This document shows positions 63,877 to 64,000 of a stretch of DNA of 64,000 bases, one piece after another; the first letter of the stretch is position 1; every line of letters begins with the position of its first letter. This DNA is from an uncultured Solirubrobacterales bacterium (GTDB taxonomy: Bacteria; Actinomycetota; Thermoleophilia; Solirubrobacterales; Solirubrobacteraceae). The notes below the pieces were generated by a model. It had not been told where the DNA came from, did not search any database, and saw only the letters and a program-made list of their open reading frames with translations. The position numbers and the translations under genes are program-made. The DNA is taken from assembly GCA_963729925.1 (NCBI GenBank), contig CAVSPS010000004.1:230859-294858 (forward strand), written 5' to 3'.

Positions 63877-64000
63877 GCCGCCAGCAGCTCCTCCACGCGC
63901 GTGCGGAGCGTCGCGAAAGGCGCCCTCGTCAAGAGAGGGGCGCTCTGGAGAATGCCACCGGGGCTGACGAACGTGATCTGGGGGCAGCTCACCATCGTGT
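63873..64000 (-). CDS. 3' end of a gene entering from the right, possibly thioredoxin-like
   Basis: ...VSCPQITFVSPGG... and ...LRTRVEELLAA* with ATGA overlap; an indel lies between them. Confidence 0.35.
   Translation of the reverse strand, partial: TMVSCPQITFVSPGGILQSAPLLTRAPFATLRTRVEELLAA

Overview
High-GC actinobacterial chromosome segment whose gene content and order resemble Thermoleophilia/Solirubrobacterales (inference). It is mostly core genome: ispF-PHP phosphatase-ispD-carD-disA-radA-clpC-lysS-greA-dus-coaX and folK-folB-folP-ftsH-hpt-tilS, plus beta-oxidation genes, a MoxR/VWA pair and a TPP-riboswitch-controlled ThiXYZ-like ABC transporter. Accessory modules: (i) an ECF sigma/anti-sigma locus with three cupredoxins and a shared G(G/T)AAG-N16/17-CGTC promoter motif; (ii) a two-component system beside an ApbE flavinylation operon (repeat protein ending SGGS, ferric-reductase-like membrane protein, NuoF-like flavoprotein, ferredoxin); (iii) a divergent serine-palmitoyltransferase-like / bCerS-like GNAT pair suggesting ceramide synthesis. 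Non-genic observations: two copies of an AT-rich 14-bp-arm/29-bp-spacer inverted-repeat element 46 kb apart; three gene junctions whose duplication creates tiny ORFs chained by RTGA stop/start overlaps; and many in-frame (CG)n-rich or tandem-repeat insertions in core enzymes. About nine single-base +1 frameshifts are probably assembly artefacts. No rRNA, tRNA, CRISPR array or transposase was recognised.
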